Origin: Bdellovibrionia bacterium
Lineage (GTDB): Bacteria; Bdellovibrionota; UBA1018
Direction of reading: 5' to 3'
Assembly: GCA_049424145.1 (NCBI GenBank)
Contig: JBMSSC010000010.1
Coordinates: forward strand, 1 to 37,829
Length of the DNA: 37,829 nucleotides
The position numbers and the translations under genes are program-made. Each line of letters starts with the position of its first letter. The first letter of the stretch is position 1. This document shows, one piece after another, positions 18,197-27,316 of the stretch. Under the pieces are notes generated by a model. That model did no database searches. It saw only the letters and a program-made list of their open reading frames with translations, and was not told where the DNA came from.

Positions 18197-19492
18197 TCAA
18201 TCCCAAAAATGCTCAGTCAAATGGCCACGCGCCTTGAGAATCTCTTCTGCTTGAAAAATCTCATGATAGAATCCCATCTGCTCCCCCAGGCCTTCATCCG
18301 GATTAATTGGATTCATTTTTCTTCCTACAGCTTGGATATAAGTAGCATCTCTAAACTGGTATTCAATTAATTCATAAAACTTAAAATCCTTCATGTGCTT
18401 TAAATTTTTTAAGGCTGAAGAATCTTCAACAGGAGCATCACTATAGCTAGGAAACTGCCTTCGACTTAAAAAACGGACCAACTCCTCACTCCGACGCTCC
18501 CTATAAACGTCGTTACGCCAATCATCTGGCAACGAAGAAATTTTCTGCCGATCTTTTTTTTCCATTAATGGATCATCAATGGATTTTTTTCGAATAAATC
18601 CATCGCTAATCGAGACGTAATCCACTCCTCGATCTGAATCTTGATTCCTAAAAATTAAATAAAATTCATCTAAACAAATAAAAAACGATCGATCGAAGTC
18701 ACTTGGAATTTCTTCAACTCCCCCTAAATCTGCAGGATTCTCTCGTAAAGCCCCAGCAGAAAAGACCAGTTCAACCGTGAGCTTTTTGATATTTTTGAAT
18801 GCTTTTCCCAAATTTTCAGAATCCGTGCTCATATGGCGCACACCAAGACTGCGATTTGAATTAAAAATAACCTTGAGTTCCCGAAGGCGAGTCCAATTTT
18901 TTAAAACATCGAGGTACGTTCTTAGCTCCTCGTCTGAAAAAAATCGCTGAGCCGGAAGCTTTGAAAAGTCAAACTCAATGCGAGTATAATCCTTGGACTG
19001 TGGATCCATTATGAATTGTGCATAATCGCTCAATTGATCAAATTGAATTCGAATCGCGTTAGACAAATAGAGATGTTGATTAGGACTCAATTGAACAGAC
19101 TGATCTTCTCTTTTTATTTTGAACCGAGTCTTAAAATAGTTACTTGAAGAAAGTGAGGGTACCTGATCCAAAGTATCATTTCGGGTCAATCGGATTTTTC
19201 TTGCGACAAGTGGATCAGACAAAAAATCATGGTACGCTTTTGAACACAGTCTCAGTCTTTTTAAGTCCTCTAAAGAAACGCCTTCAAAGATCTTTGCCTC
19301 AAGATCACCGCTGGAGTTACAAAAAAAAGGATCCAAGTCACTCGGGGAATCTGGATCATCGGTTGATATCTGCTCGTTCTCAATCACCGGCTGTTCACTA
19401 GGGAAAGCGAATGAGATTTTTTCATGAAAAAACATGAAACTACTCAATCCAAGACAAAAAAATACGGAAACACCCCGCTTCGAGTAAATCAT
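18197..19492 (-). CDS. Putative secreted protein with F-box-like motif and LRR-like segments (paralog A)
   Basis: Start MIYSKRG after SD GAGGT; signal-like end ISFA; DLEAKIFEGVSLEDLKRLRLCSKAYHDFLSDP; AT-rich; colinear with 20534-21790. Confidence 0.65.
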   Translation of the reverse strand: MIYSKRGVSVFFCLGLSSFMFFHEKISFAFPSEQPVIENEQISTDDPDSPSDLDPFFCNSSGDLEAKIFEGVSLEDLKRLRLCSKAYHDFLSDPLVARKIRLTRNDTLDQVPSLSSSNYFKTRFKIKREDQSVQLSPNQHLYLSNAIRIQFDQLSDYAQFIMDPQSKDYTRIEFDFSKLPAQRFFSDEELRTYLDVLKNWTRLRELKVIFNSNRSLGVRHMSTDSENLGKAFKNIKKLTVELVFSAGALRENPADLGGVEEIPSDFDRSFFICLDEFYLIFRNQDSDRGVDYVSISDGFIRKKSIDDPLMEKKDRQKISSLPDDWRNDVYRERRSEELVRFLSRRQFPSYSDAPVEDSSALKNLKHMKDFKFYELIEYQFRDATYIQAVGRKMNPINPDEGLGEQMGFYHEIFQAEEILKARGHLTEHFWD

Positions 19493-19899
19493 TTCAACCT
19501 CAACATACAATGATAAAAATCTTCAAAAATCTGACCCTGAACTAACAAAAAAGATACATACATTCAAGTTATTATTTATTAACTATTAACTTTGTTTGAT
19601 CACATATGATCTCGTCTAATTACATAGCTTAAATGTCTATTTACTAAACTATAACTAGCTAAATAGTAGCGGCCAATGCATAGCTACCCCTTGGATTCAT
19701 CTTGTTCAGGCCAAAGGACTCCCACTAAATAATCTGACTCCTATGAGGTCTAATGACTGACTGGGAGATCCAATCTCCCATCGGGGTCACTTGATGAGCC
19801 ACGGAGAGAGGTGGCTGAACTGACCCTTAACCTATTCTCGACTACAAAAAACAAGCAAACAAGGGCCTAGAACCCACTCGCTGTCAAAACCTTCCGTAA

Positions 19900-19931
19900 A
19901 AAATTGAAAATTGAAAATTGAAAATTGAAAA
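19900..19931. repeat. Heptanucleotide tandem repeat (AAAATTG)4 plus AAAA
   Basis: Read directly; sits just upstream of a TTGACT -35-like hexamer ahead of ORF 20075. Confidence 0.9.
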
Positions 19932-20074
19932 CCCTTGACTCCGCATGAACCGCCGCGGTATCCCAGCCGCATTTAAGTGCTTAACTTAAAACTCCTCCCA
20001 TCTCGAACCCAAGAGCTGGAAGCGTCGAGAAGGGAGGGATTCGTCTGTAATTTTTCAAGTTCTGGAGCAAACCC

Positions 20075-20491
20075 ATGTCTCGATCCGATTTAATCCAAGC
20101 GATTCTCAACCTAAAAGGATCTAAAATTGTTACTCTTCATTCAGGAGAAGATCAATTCGTGTTCGATATCCACGACAATGGCGAGATCGGATACAGCGAA
20201 GATCATGCGGAGGCTTTTCATCACTTACTCTCCGATCAAATGGAAGAAGGGGGAGTCATCGTTCGACAATTTCTTCCGATGACTTATGAAGTTTTAGGAG
20301 CAAACCAGAAAAAAATGAGACACCCCTACAAGAACCTGTACGGCTTTTTCATTTCAGGAGAGAGCGTTTCTAGTCTTTCACCTGAGGAACTCGAAACTGC
20401 TTGCAATACTGACGCCAACACAGGGGACCCCCTCCCACCGGAAAAGGGCGTCTTCTACCGACAGATCACTTTTAACTCATCCATCAAATAA
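20075..20491 (+). CDS. Hypothetical acidic protein
   Basis: 138-aa ORF with SD GGAG; C-terminal ACNTDANTGDPLPPEKGVFY; no family assigned. Confidence 0.7.
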   Translation: MSRSDLIQAILNLKGSKIVTLHSGEDQFVFDIHDNGEIGYSEDHAEAFHHLLSDQMEEGGVIVRQFLPMTYEVLGANQKKMRHPYKNLYGFFISGESVSSLSPEELETACNTDANTGDPLPPEKGVFYRQITFNSSIK

Positions 20492-20533
20492 AACGATCGA
20501 CTCGGGAAGCTTTTCCCCTCGTTTCTTCTTCTA

Positions 20534-21790
20534 CTAAGGCCCAAGATCTACTTTTGATTTTTTTAAAATCTCCTCGGCCTGAAAAATCTCATGACTAAAT
20601 TCTCTGGACTCATTCTCATGAGCTTGGACTTTCTTACTACCTGTGGCTTCAATATGACTAAACTCATCGAACTGGTATTCAATGACCTCACTAAATTCAA
20701 CATTATTCATCCGCTTCATTTTCTTTAAGATCGGAGAATTCTCAATCGGAACATCGTCAAAACAACGAAAGGTGCGGTACTCAAAGAACTGACCTAGCTG
20801 GCCTTGCAAGCGAGAATTGTAAACATGCGTGCGCCAAGCATCAGGAAAGGCTTCAATCTTTTTCCTGACCAAATCCTGATCAAAGGGAGAATGACTGGAT
20901 TTTTTTCGAGCAAATCCATCCACAATGTAGACTCGTTCTTCTTCCTGACCCAGATCGATATTTCTCAGGATAAAATAAAACTCATCTAAGCGAATAAAAA
21001 ATAATCGATCAAAATCTTTCGATATTCGCTGGACTGAGTTCAGCTCGCTGCTCGAGTCATCAGCATTGACCGGAGTCCGTATCTCCACGGTAAGACTGTT
21101 AATTTTTTGAAATATTCGGGTCAAATTCTCAAGATCAGTCGTCAATTGATGAATAAAAAAACTTTGATTTGAATTGAAAATCACGCTGACTTCACGTAGC
21201 CGACTCCAGTTCCTTAAAACATTTGAGTTTTTTTTCAATTCTTCTTCTGAGAAAAACCGTCCCGCTGGTAGATCTGAGAAATCAAATTCAATGCATGAAT
21301 AATCCCCCGATTGCGGATCACTCATCAATTCAATAAAGTCACTCAAATGATCAAATCGAATTCTCAGAGCATTGGATAAATACGAATTCTGATTGGGAAG
21401 CAACTGAACAGACCCATCGTCTTTTTCTATCTTTAACTTGATATTAAAGTAGTCTGTAGAAGAAATCAAAGGCACCTGATCGAAAGTATCCATTCGAGTA
21501 AGCCTGATCTTTCTTGCCACCGATGGCTCAGATAAAAAATGATTACTTAATCTTGAAGTGAGCTTCAAACTCCTGAGATCCTCTAAAGAGAGGGTTTCAA
21601 AAATCTTCGACTCAAGATCTCCATTGGAGCGACAGAAAAAAGAATCCCTTTGACTCTGCGCTTCCTGCGCTTGGTCGGTATCCTGAGGAGGTTCCATGAG
21701 TCCAGCCGATGCGGTCAATTCAAAAAAAAGGACAGCCCAAATCCAACTGAAATCAAAAAACAGGGACATGACTTGCTTGTAAAAAAACAT
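20534..21790 (-). CDS. Putative secreted protein with F-box-like motif and LRR-like segments (paralog B)
   Basis: SD GAGGAG; signal-like end TASA; DLESKIFETLSLEDLRSLKLTSRLSNHFLSEP; shares blocks with paralog A through to HEIFQAEEILK. Confidence 0.65.
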   Translation of the reverse strand: MFFYKQVMSLFFDFSWIWAVLFFELTASAGLMEPPQDTDQAQEAQSQRDSFFCRSNGDLESKIFETLSLEDLRSLKLTSRLSNHFLSEPSVARKIRLTRMDTFDQVPLISSTDYFNIKLKIEKDDGSVQLLPNQNSYLSNALRIRFDHLSDFIELMSDPQSGDYSCIEFDFSDLPAGRFFSEEELKKNSNVLRNWSRLREVSVIFNSNQSFFIHQLTTDLENLTRIFQKINSLTVEIRTPVNADDSSSELNSVQRISKDFDRLFFIRLDEFYFILRNIDLGQEEERVYIVDGFARKKSSHSPFDQDLVRKKIEAFPDAWRTHVYNSRLQGQLGQFFEYRTFRCFDDVPIENSPILKKMKRMNNVEFSEVIEYQFDEFSHIEATGSKKVQAHENESREFSHEIFQAEEILKKSKVDLGP

Positions 21791-22000
21791 ACTCTCCTCA
21801 CGAAAGAAGACTTAGAACTCTCTTCTAAGAAGTTCAATCGAAAAACCAATCGAGGATCGACCGAAGAGGTTTTTATCAAGTTTATTGATTTTATTCAATT
21901 GACTGCGACACAAAACGAGCCCACGAAACACGGTCTCAACAGAGCTTGATTTGCTACTTTGATGATCATGGGTGAAAGAGCAACCCAACACCAGGATTTC

Positions 22001-22047
22001 ATCGTGAGCTCAGATCAAAGCACCTGTGCTTGACGTGAGCTCACGAT
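22001..22047. repeat. Inverted repeat / long hairpin downstream of the DHS-like gene
   Basis: ATCGTGAGCTCA...TGAGCTCACGAT (12-bp perfect) with inner AAGCAC/GTGCTT; no clear U tract. Confidence 0.7.
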
Positions 22048-22100
22048 TTCAGATGAACAGAATCAGACGGGATCAGATTTGGTTAAAAGCAACCCGTGCT

Positions 22101-23147
22101 CTAAAACCCATACTTCTGGATCAAGGCACGAGCCGCCTCAGGGGATGCCTTGGCTTCAAGTAGAGCATTCAACATCAGGGGGACAATCACGGTTGCATCC
22201 GATTCAATCACAAACATCGGAGTATCGCGAGTGAGCTTATCCCACGTGATTTTCTCATTTGGAGTAGCCCCCGAGTAAGATCCGTAAGAGGTGGTGGAAT
22301 CAGAAATCTGACAGAAATAAGCCCAAGGCTTCACGGCCTGGCCCAGATCGTACTTAATCGAAGGCACCACGCAGATGGGAAAATCACCAGCAATCCCGCC
22401 TCCGATTTGAAAAAAGCCTACCCCTGAACCCACTGAAAGCTCCTGGTACTGACCATAAAACTCAGCCATGTACTCAATGCCGGACTTCACGATCGAGGCT
22501 TCACACTCTTGGGTTTTCACATAGGAGGCAAAAATATTGCCAAAAGTGGAGTCTTCATGTCCCGGAACCACCATAGGGAGATTGGCCCGAGCTGCTGCAA
22601 GTAACCAGCACTCCTCTGGGTTTCCTTCATAAAGCTCAGGCTCGACTTTCTGAATTAATTCATAAAAGTATTCATGCCAAAAATGACGCTTTTTGCCCGA
22701 AGACGCTTTCAACCACATGGGTACGATATACTTCTCCACCGCCCGAAAGGCTTCGTCCTCAGGAATACTCGTATCGGTCACCCGGCGCATCCGATTCTCG
22801 AGGATTCGGGTATCATCGTCTTTCGTTAAGTAGCGGTATTCGGGAAAATCCTTATAGCTGTGATGCGCGACAAGACGAAACAAGGATTCCTCTAAATTGG
22901 CACCCGTGACCGATAAACCGTGAATCAAACCCGCCCGAATCGCAGGGGCAAGACTAATCCCAAGCTGCGCGGAGGACATCGCCCCGGCCACAGCCCAGAA
23001 CATTTTCCCCCCACCTTCGATGTGGCGCCAGTAGGATAGGGTTGCGTCTCGGGTCGCACGAGCGTTGAAATTCTTATAATTCTTTAAAACAAACTCTAAA
23101 ACGGGCAAATTTTCTTTTAACACGGGAGAGTTCTTACCACGTAACAC
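22101..23147 (-). CDS. Deoxyhypusine synthase-like protein
   Basis: AGAMS, TGANLEE, RVTDT, DSTFGN, IGGGIAGDF, SYGSYSGATPNEKITWDKL (catalytic Lys), IESDAT. Exact start uncertain. Confidence 0.92.
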   Translation of the reverse strand: MLRGKNSPVLKENLPVLEFVLKNYKNFNARATRDATLSYWRHIEGGGKMFWAVAGAMSSAQLGISLAPAIRAGLIHGLSVTGANLEESLFRLVAHHSYKDFPEYRYLTKDDDTRILENRMRRVTDTSIPEDEAFRAVEKYIVPMWLKASSGKKRHFWHEYFYELIQKVEPELYEGNPEECWLLAAARANLPMVVPGHEDSTFGNIFASYVKTQECEASIVKSGIEYMAEFYGQYQELSVGSGVGFFQIGGGIAGDFPICVVPSIKYDLGQAVKPWAYFCQISDSTTSYGSYSGATPNEKITWDKLTRDTPMFVIESDATVIVPLMLNALLEAKASPEAARALIQKYGF

Positions 23148-23274
23148 AGAGTAAGAAAATAAAAAGACGTTAAAAAAACCAAAACCTCAAGATCCTGCTG
23201 CTCTCTCATCGATAGGCCAAGGCGTTCATTTTTCCCGAGCGCCTGAGGACAAAAGCCTTGTAAAAGGATGGACA

Positions 23275-24195
23275 TCAGCCCGATTCAGACCGCAGGATCC
23301 AAACCGGGCAATGAGCCTCTCGAACCACTTGCCTAGAAATGCTCCCAATGAGTGCTGAGGCCATGGGACCACTGTGAGCTGCCATGGCAATCAGATCGAC
23401 CGGGTGCTCCTTGGCATAATCTAAAATCCGCCGAGATACGTTGCCGCCTGAGGGGGAAAAGACCACTTCCGCAGTGACCCCCATTTTTCTGGCCTGCGCA
23501 TGCCACTGATCCGCTTGCCTTCGATTGACCTCCTCCACTTGAGTCATGTATTTGGGCAAATCCACCCAACCTCCTCCCAAAAGATAGGCTCCTGATTGAA
23601 GGAGGGGCTCAATTGGATGCGAGAGGACATGAAAGAGCGTAACTTTGGCATTGAACTTTTTTGCAAGTCCCAAGACTACTTGAAACATAGGATCTTTTTT
23701 ATTTCCAAACTCAGTGGGAAATAAAATCGACTTCAACTGAGTGGGCTCAGAGTGAGGCCCCACCACCAGGACGGGAACTTGAGAGGCAAGAAGCGTGCTT
23801 TCGGCAAAACTGCCTAGAAAGAGCCTAGAAATTCCCTTTTTTGAATGGGTTCCAATGACAATCAGATCGGCTTGGGAGTTCTTGGCATACTGAACGAGGG
23901 TTTTGACCATGAATTTCAACGAAGGACGAGATTGCACTAAAACCCGAGGCGCTTTCAACCCGGGAAGTTGAATCCCAGAGAGCATTTGGAGGAGTGATTT
24001 TTCAGCCGCAGGCTTATACTGAGCAATCCAAGAAGGGGAAAACTCAAGAGCCAAATCTAATCCCTGGGGACTCAAAACATAAACGGGCTCCACTTCAAGC
24101 TTCTGTTTTTCCGAGATTTTTTGCAGGGTCTGAATCACGCGAGTTCGCAACCCATTGGTCTCTTCAAATAAATCAACTGCCCAGAGGATCTTCAT
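23275..24195 (-). CDS. Universal stress protein with tandem USP domains
   Basis: KILWAVD, DLIVIGTH...FLGSFAE, SILFPTEF, DLIAMAAH...LIGSISRQVVREAHCPV. Start at ATG 24195 (TTG 24213 is an alternative). Confidence 0.92.
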   Translation of the reverse strand: MKILWAVDLFEETNGLRTRVIQTLQKISEKQKLEVEPVYVLSPQGLDLALEFSPSWIAQYKPAAEKSLLQMLSGIQLPGLKAPRVLVQSRPSLKFMVKTLVQYAKNSQADLIVIGTHSKKGISRLFLGSFAESTLLASQVPVLVVGPHSEPTQLKSILFPTEFGNKKDPMFQVVLGLAKKFNAKVTLFHVLSHPIEPLLQSGAYLLGGGWVDLPKYMTQVEEVNRRQADQWHAQARKMGVTAEVVFSPSGGNVSRRILDYAKEHPVDLIAMAAHSGPMASALIGSISRQVVREAHCPVWILRSESG

Positions 24196-24298
24196 TTTTC
24201 TTTGCCCTACCAATTTTCTACCCCCCTTAAGTAAAATAGATATCCCCATTTCAAACGAGATGCAAAGGTTCTTGACCCAAAAAAATGACTCTGTATGG

Positions 24299-24340
24299 AA
24301 AAAAAAGCGGGACCCCTCCCCCAAAAAGAAAGGTCCCGCT
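24299..24340 (-). terminator. Intrinsic terminator of the 24357-24863 gene
   Basis: GCGGGACC...GGTCCCGC stem followed by T8 on the minus strand. Confidence 0.85.
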
Positions 24341-24356
24341 CTGCGATTTCAATCGA

Positions 24357-24863
24357 TTATTGATCGACCAACTCACTTGAAGTGGGAGCCGGATTTAAGC
24401 CCCTGAAATTCTGGTGACACACCCCAGTTAACAAGGCTTGAGGGGTTCCAGGGATATCAATCCTGAGCACCGATCCCAGAGGGCCTGTGAATACGCCAGG
24501 ATTCAAAGAGCGCATCGTGATGGAGGCAACCCCAGGAACCATTGAGCGAATCTCAGTAGTATTTGCTGTAGGTGAAGTGACGATTAAACCATCGGAGTAG
24601 ACCACGGAGTTTCCACAGATCACCGTCAGATGATCCCCATCATCTGAAAGAGGAGTTCCATCCTCCTGCAAATATCCCCCAAAAGCCGTACAAACCAATG
24701 GTACTGCACCTTTCACCACAACAGCAGGGCCTTCAAAAGCACAATTGAATCGAACATCGGTCACAACGGCCTGCTTAATGCCAGGCCCAGAATCAGCAGC
24801 AAAACTTGCTGCCGAAGCAAACATTAGACTCAAAACACTGACTGCAAATATTTTTTTACTCAT
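24357..24863 (-). CDS. Secreted beta-rich hypothetical protein with four Cys
   Basis: Clear Sec signal MSKKIFAVSVLSLMFASAASFA; SD AGGAGG; own terminator. Confidence 0.85.
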   Translation of the reverse strand: MSKKIFAVSVLSLMFASAASFAADSGPGIKQAVVTDVRFNCAFEGPAVVVKGAVPLVCTAFGGYLQEDGTPLSDDGDHLTVICGNSVVYSDGLIVTSPTANTTEIRSMVPGVASITMRSLNPGVFTGPLGSVLRIDIPGTPQALLTGVCHQNFRGLNPAPTSSELVDQ

Positions 24864-24928
24864 GGTTAACAGCCTCCTAGAAATCAGGTTCTCCAGGTTC
24901 TAGGTCAATTAGGTAGCAGAAACTCTGA

Positions 24929-24955
24929 GTATCGGTCAAACTTTTCTTGTGTTTA
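24929..24955 (-). promoter_or_regulatory. Sigma28 (FliA)-like promoter
   Basis: TAAA-15 nt-ACCGATAC, about 65 nt upstream of the secreted-protein start. Confidence 0.55.
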
Positions 24956-24967
24956 ATTATTCATATT

Positions 24968-26107
24968 TTACTGACTCCCTCCATCAGAACTCCCATCCAA
25001 TTTTCTATAAGAAGATTGAACCGCTGCATCACCTATCACTTTTTCTATCAGCCTACGAAAAACATCACTCATATCAAGCGCTGCCATGAGCACCTTTGCG
25101 TCAATCTGATTCACGCGTTCCTTAAGCTCTTCTGTGGCATCGGAGAGCCCCCCGAATCGGTCTGATGCAATCAGTAAGTCTTCAACAAAAGACTTCAACG
25201 CCTCGCGTGTTTGAGCTTCGGACTTTTGATCCATTTTGAGCTGGGCTTGAATTTGTCGCAGTTCTTCAAAATGAGAGAAACTAAGACCCTGGGTGTTTTG
25301 GATCCACTGATGGAGCCCCCAAGATTCATTCGGACTCAAAGATTCATCCGACTGCAAAGACTCATTGCAGCTCGACCAATCAGAGTTCCCAGACGCCTCG
25401 GACGAATCGACTAAGCCCAATGACTCAGGCGCTAAGTCGCCTTCCCCCGCGCCTAGGATAGAAGCGCTGTTACTCTTTAAAGGCACCTCTAATTTTGCTT
25501 TCAACTGGTCCAATTCAATGGGAAAGCTTAAAATCTCCGTAAAGAGCCTCCGCCTCAAATCGGCGTTAGGAAGCGTCATTCGATAACTCTCGTCAAAACG
25601 GCCCGGCCTCAAAAGCTGAGTCTTAGGAGCATCCTCCGGGTGACGACAAGTGGCAATCCAGATCACGCCCTGTGATCGTTCCATGGCATGATCGAGCAAG
25701 GCACAAAAAACCCCCGTCTCCATGGTTTGAATCATGCGATCGACATCGTCTAAAACCACCACTTGCTTGGATCGGCAAACGGCTTCTGCCAACGCTTTCT
25801 CAAGCAAATGGGAATTTAGGATTTCATGAGCAGGGATCATGAACATGGACCAACCTAATACTCTCGCCATGGCTTTACTCGCCGCTGTCTTTCCACTTCC
25901 TGGAGGCCCATAGAAGAAAATCCCATGCCGCCAAGGAAGCCTTAGGCTTCGGTAGAGAGCCTCATTGGCTTGAAAAGCCTGAGCTCTTGCCTTGAGCGGA
26001 GAGGAAAGTTCGGGATTAAGAACCAGCCTCTCGAAAGTTTCAAACTCATTCCAGGCAAAGGGTAAAATTCCATCTCGTGTCCAGCGACTCATTGTGGAGT
26101 GATTCAT
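24968..26107 (-). CDS. AAA+ ATPase (BCS1-like features)
   Basis: LYRSLRLPWRHGIFFYGPPGSGKT (Walker A), VVVLDDVD (Walker B), LLRPGRFD (Arg finger); SD AGGAG. Confidence 0.88.
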   Translation of the reverse strand: MNHSTMSRWTRDGILPFAWNEFETFERLVLNPELSSPLKARAQAFQANEALYRSLRLPWRHGIFFYGPPGSGKTAASKAMARVLGWSMFMIPAHEILNSHLLEKALAEAVCRSKQVVVLDDVDRMIQTMETGVFCALLDHAMERSQGVIWIATCRHPEDAPKTQLLRPGRFDESYRMTLPNADLRRRLFTEILSFPIELDQLKAKLEVPLKSNSASILGAGEGDLAPESLGLVDSSEASGNSDWSSCNESLQSDESLSPNESWGLHQWIQNTQGLSFSHFEELRQIQAQLKMDQKSEAQTREALKSFVEDLLIASDRFGGLSDATEELKERVNQIDAKVLMAALDMSDVFRRLIEKVIGDAAVQSSYRKLDGSSDGGSQ

Positions 26108-26207
26108 TCTCCTAGTCTAATCGAGATAAAAAAAATGAAAAACGGCTTTTATTTCTTCTCTTCCTGATTGCAGTTTTTTTTTATTTCATCTTAGATCAAA
26201 AGAAATC

Positions 26208-26804
26208 ATGCCAAGCCTATCCGAATTAGATCCGAGGAAGTCCGAACGCATGGATCGACTCCTGATGCAAAGAATTCAAACCGGTGACTCAGACGCGTTT
26301 GAGCTGCTTTACCAAAAATTAAAGGATCGAATTACCCACTATGCCCTGAAGTACACCCAATCTCAGAGCACGGCCGAGGAGATCACCCAAGAGACCTTTA
26401 TGAAGGTGTTTCAATTTAAGCACACCTATGACCCCCAGTACGAAGTCAACTCCTGGATTTGGACCATTGCAAAGCATGTGATCTTTGACCACTTTAAGAA
26501 AAATCGACTCCAAAAAATGGAACTCCTCGAGCTGAGCGAACTGCAGGAGGGCATCTTGCGCTCGATGAACTGCCCCAAAACGGCTGAAACCCTCTGCATC
26601 GAAGCCGTTGAGATCCAACAATTCCAGTTCCTGCTGAAACAGCTTCCAGAAAACCAGCGAAGGGCTCTTGAGTTTCGCTTAGGAGAGGATCTGAGCTATG
26701 ATGAAATCTCCGAGTCGATGAACTTAAGCGTTTCAGCCGTGAAGTCATTAATTCACCGTGGACGCAGAAACCTCATGAACTCCCACAAACAGTCGGTCTA
26801 CTGA
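26208..26804 (+). CDS. ECF sigma-70 factor
   Basis: GDSDAFELLY, AEEITQETFMKVF, SWIWTIAK, LPENQR, LSYDEIS...SAVKSLIHRGR. Confidence 0.93.
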   Translation: MPSLSELDPRKSERMDRLLMQRIQTGDSDAFELLYQKLKDRITHYALKYTQSQSTAEEITQETFMKVFQFKHTYDPQYEVNSWIWTIAKHVIFDHFKKNRLQKMELLELSELQEGILRSMNCPKTAETLCIEAVEIQQFQFLLKQLPENQRRALEFRLGEDLSYDEISESMNLSVSAVKSLIHRGRRNLMNSHKQSVY

Positions 26805-27316
26805 TCCGATTTCAGGTCGATCTGAAGAAGGTTCTGAGTAAAAAAAACCAGAGCCTCAAGATAAGAGCCGATGCCTTTGCCTGAGATCTGCTTGACACAA
26901 ACGGGAGCAATGACGGAGATCCGCCTAAAGCTCTCATCTGCCGATTGCTTTGCCCTCTGTTTCAGGTCAGAAAGATGAACTTCAATGGTAGGACAGCCCA
27001 CCGCTGCCACGGCATCCCGCAAAGCAATGGAATAATGCGTGTAGGCTGCAGGATTAAAAATCACCCCCTGCGCCCATTTTCGATGTCGATGCAGCAGCTC
27101 GATGAGCTCACTTTCAGAGTTGGACTGAAAAATCCTCAGAGTCGCCCCCTGCTGCTTTGCTGCTTGTCTGAGCTTTAAATTCAGCTCTTTTAAGGTCATC
27201 CGCCCATAGATCTCAGGCTCTCGCTCCCCAAGGAGGTTTAAATTCGGTCCATGGAGAACTAAGATTTGAGCCTTTTTAGCCTGGGCGGACTTCAGGCGCT
27301 GGACTTGAGATTTCAT
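26798..27316 (-). CDS. aroQ: Type II 3-dehydroquinate dehydratase
   Basis: LHGPNLNLLGEREPEIYG, QSNSE, NPAAYTHYSIALRDA, EVHLS. Confidence 0.96.
   Translation of the reverse strand: MKSQVQRLKSAQAKKAQILVLHGPNLNLLGEREPEIYGRMTLKELNLKLRQAAKQQGATLRIFQSNSESELIELLHRHRKWAQGVIFNPAAYTHYSIALRDAVAAVGCPTIEVHLSDLKQRAKQSADESFRRISVIAPVCVKQISGKGIGSYLEALVFFTQNLLQIDLKSDQ

Noticed and set aside
22001..22047. REP/MITE family or intrinsic terminator
   Set aside because: Single copy in the window and no U tract; kept only as a hairpin.
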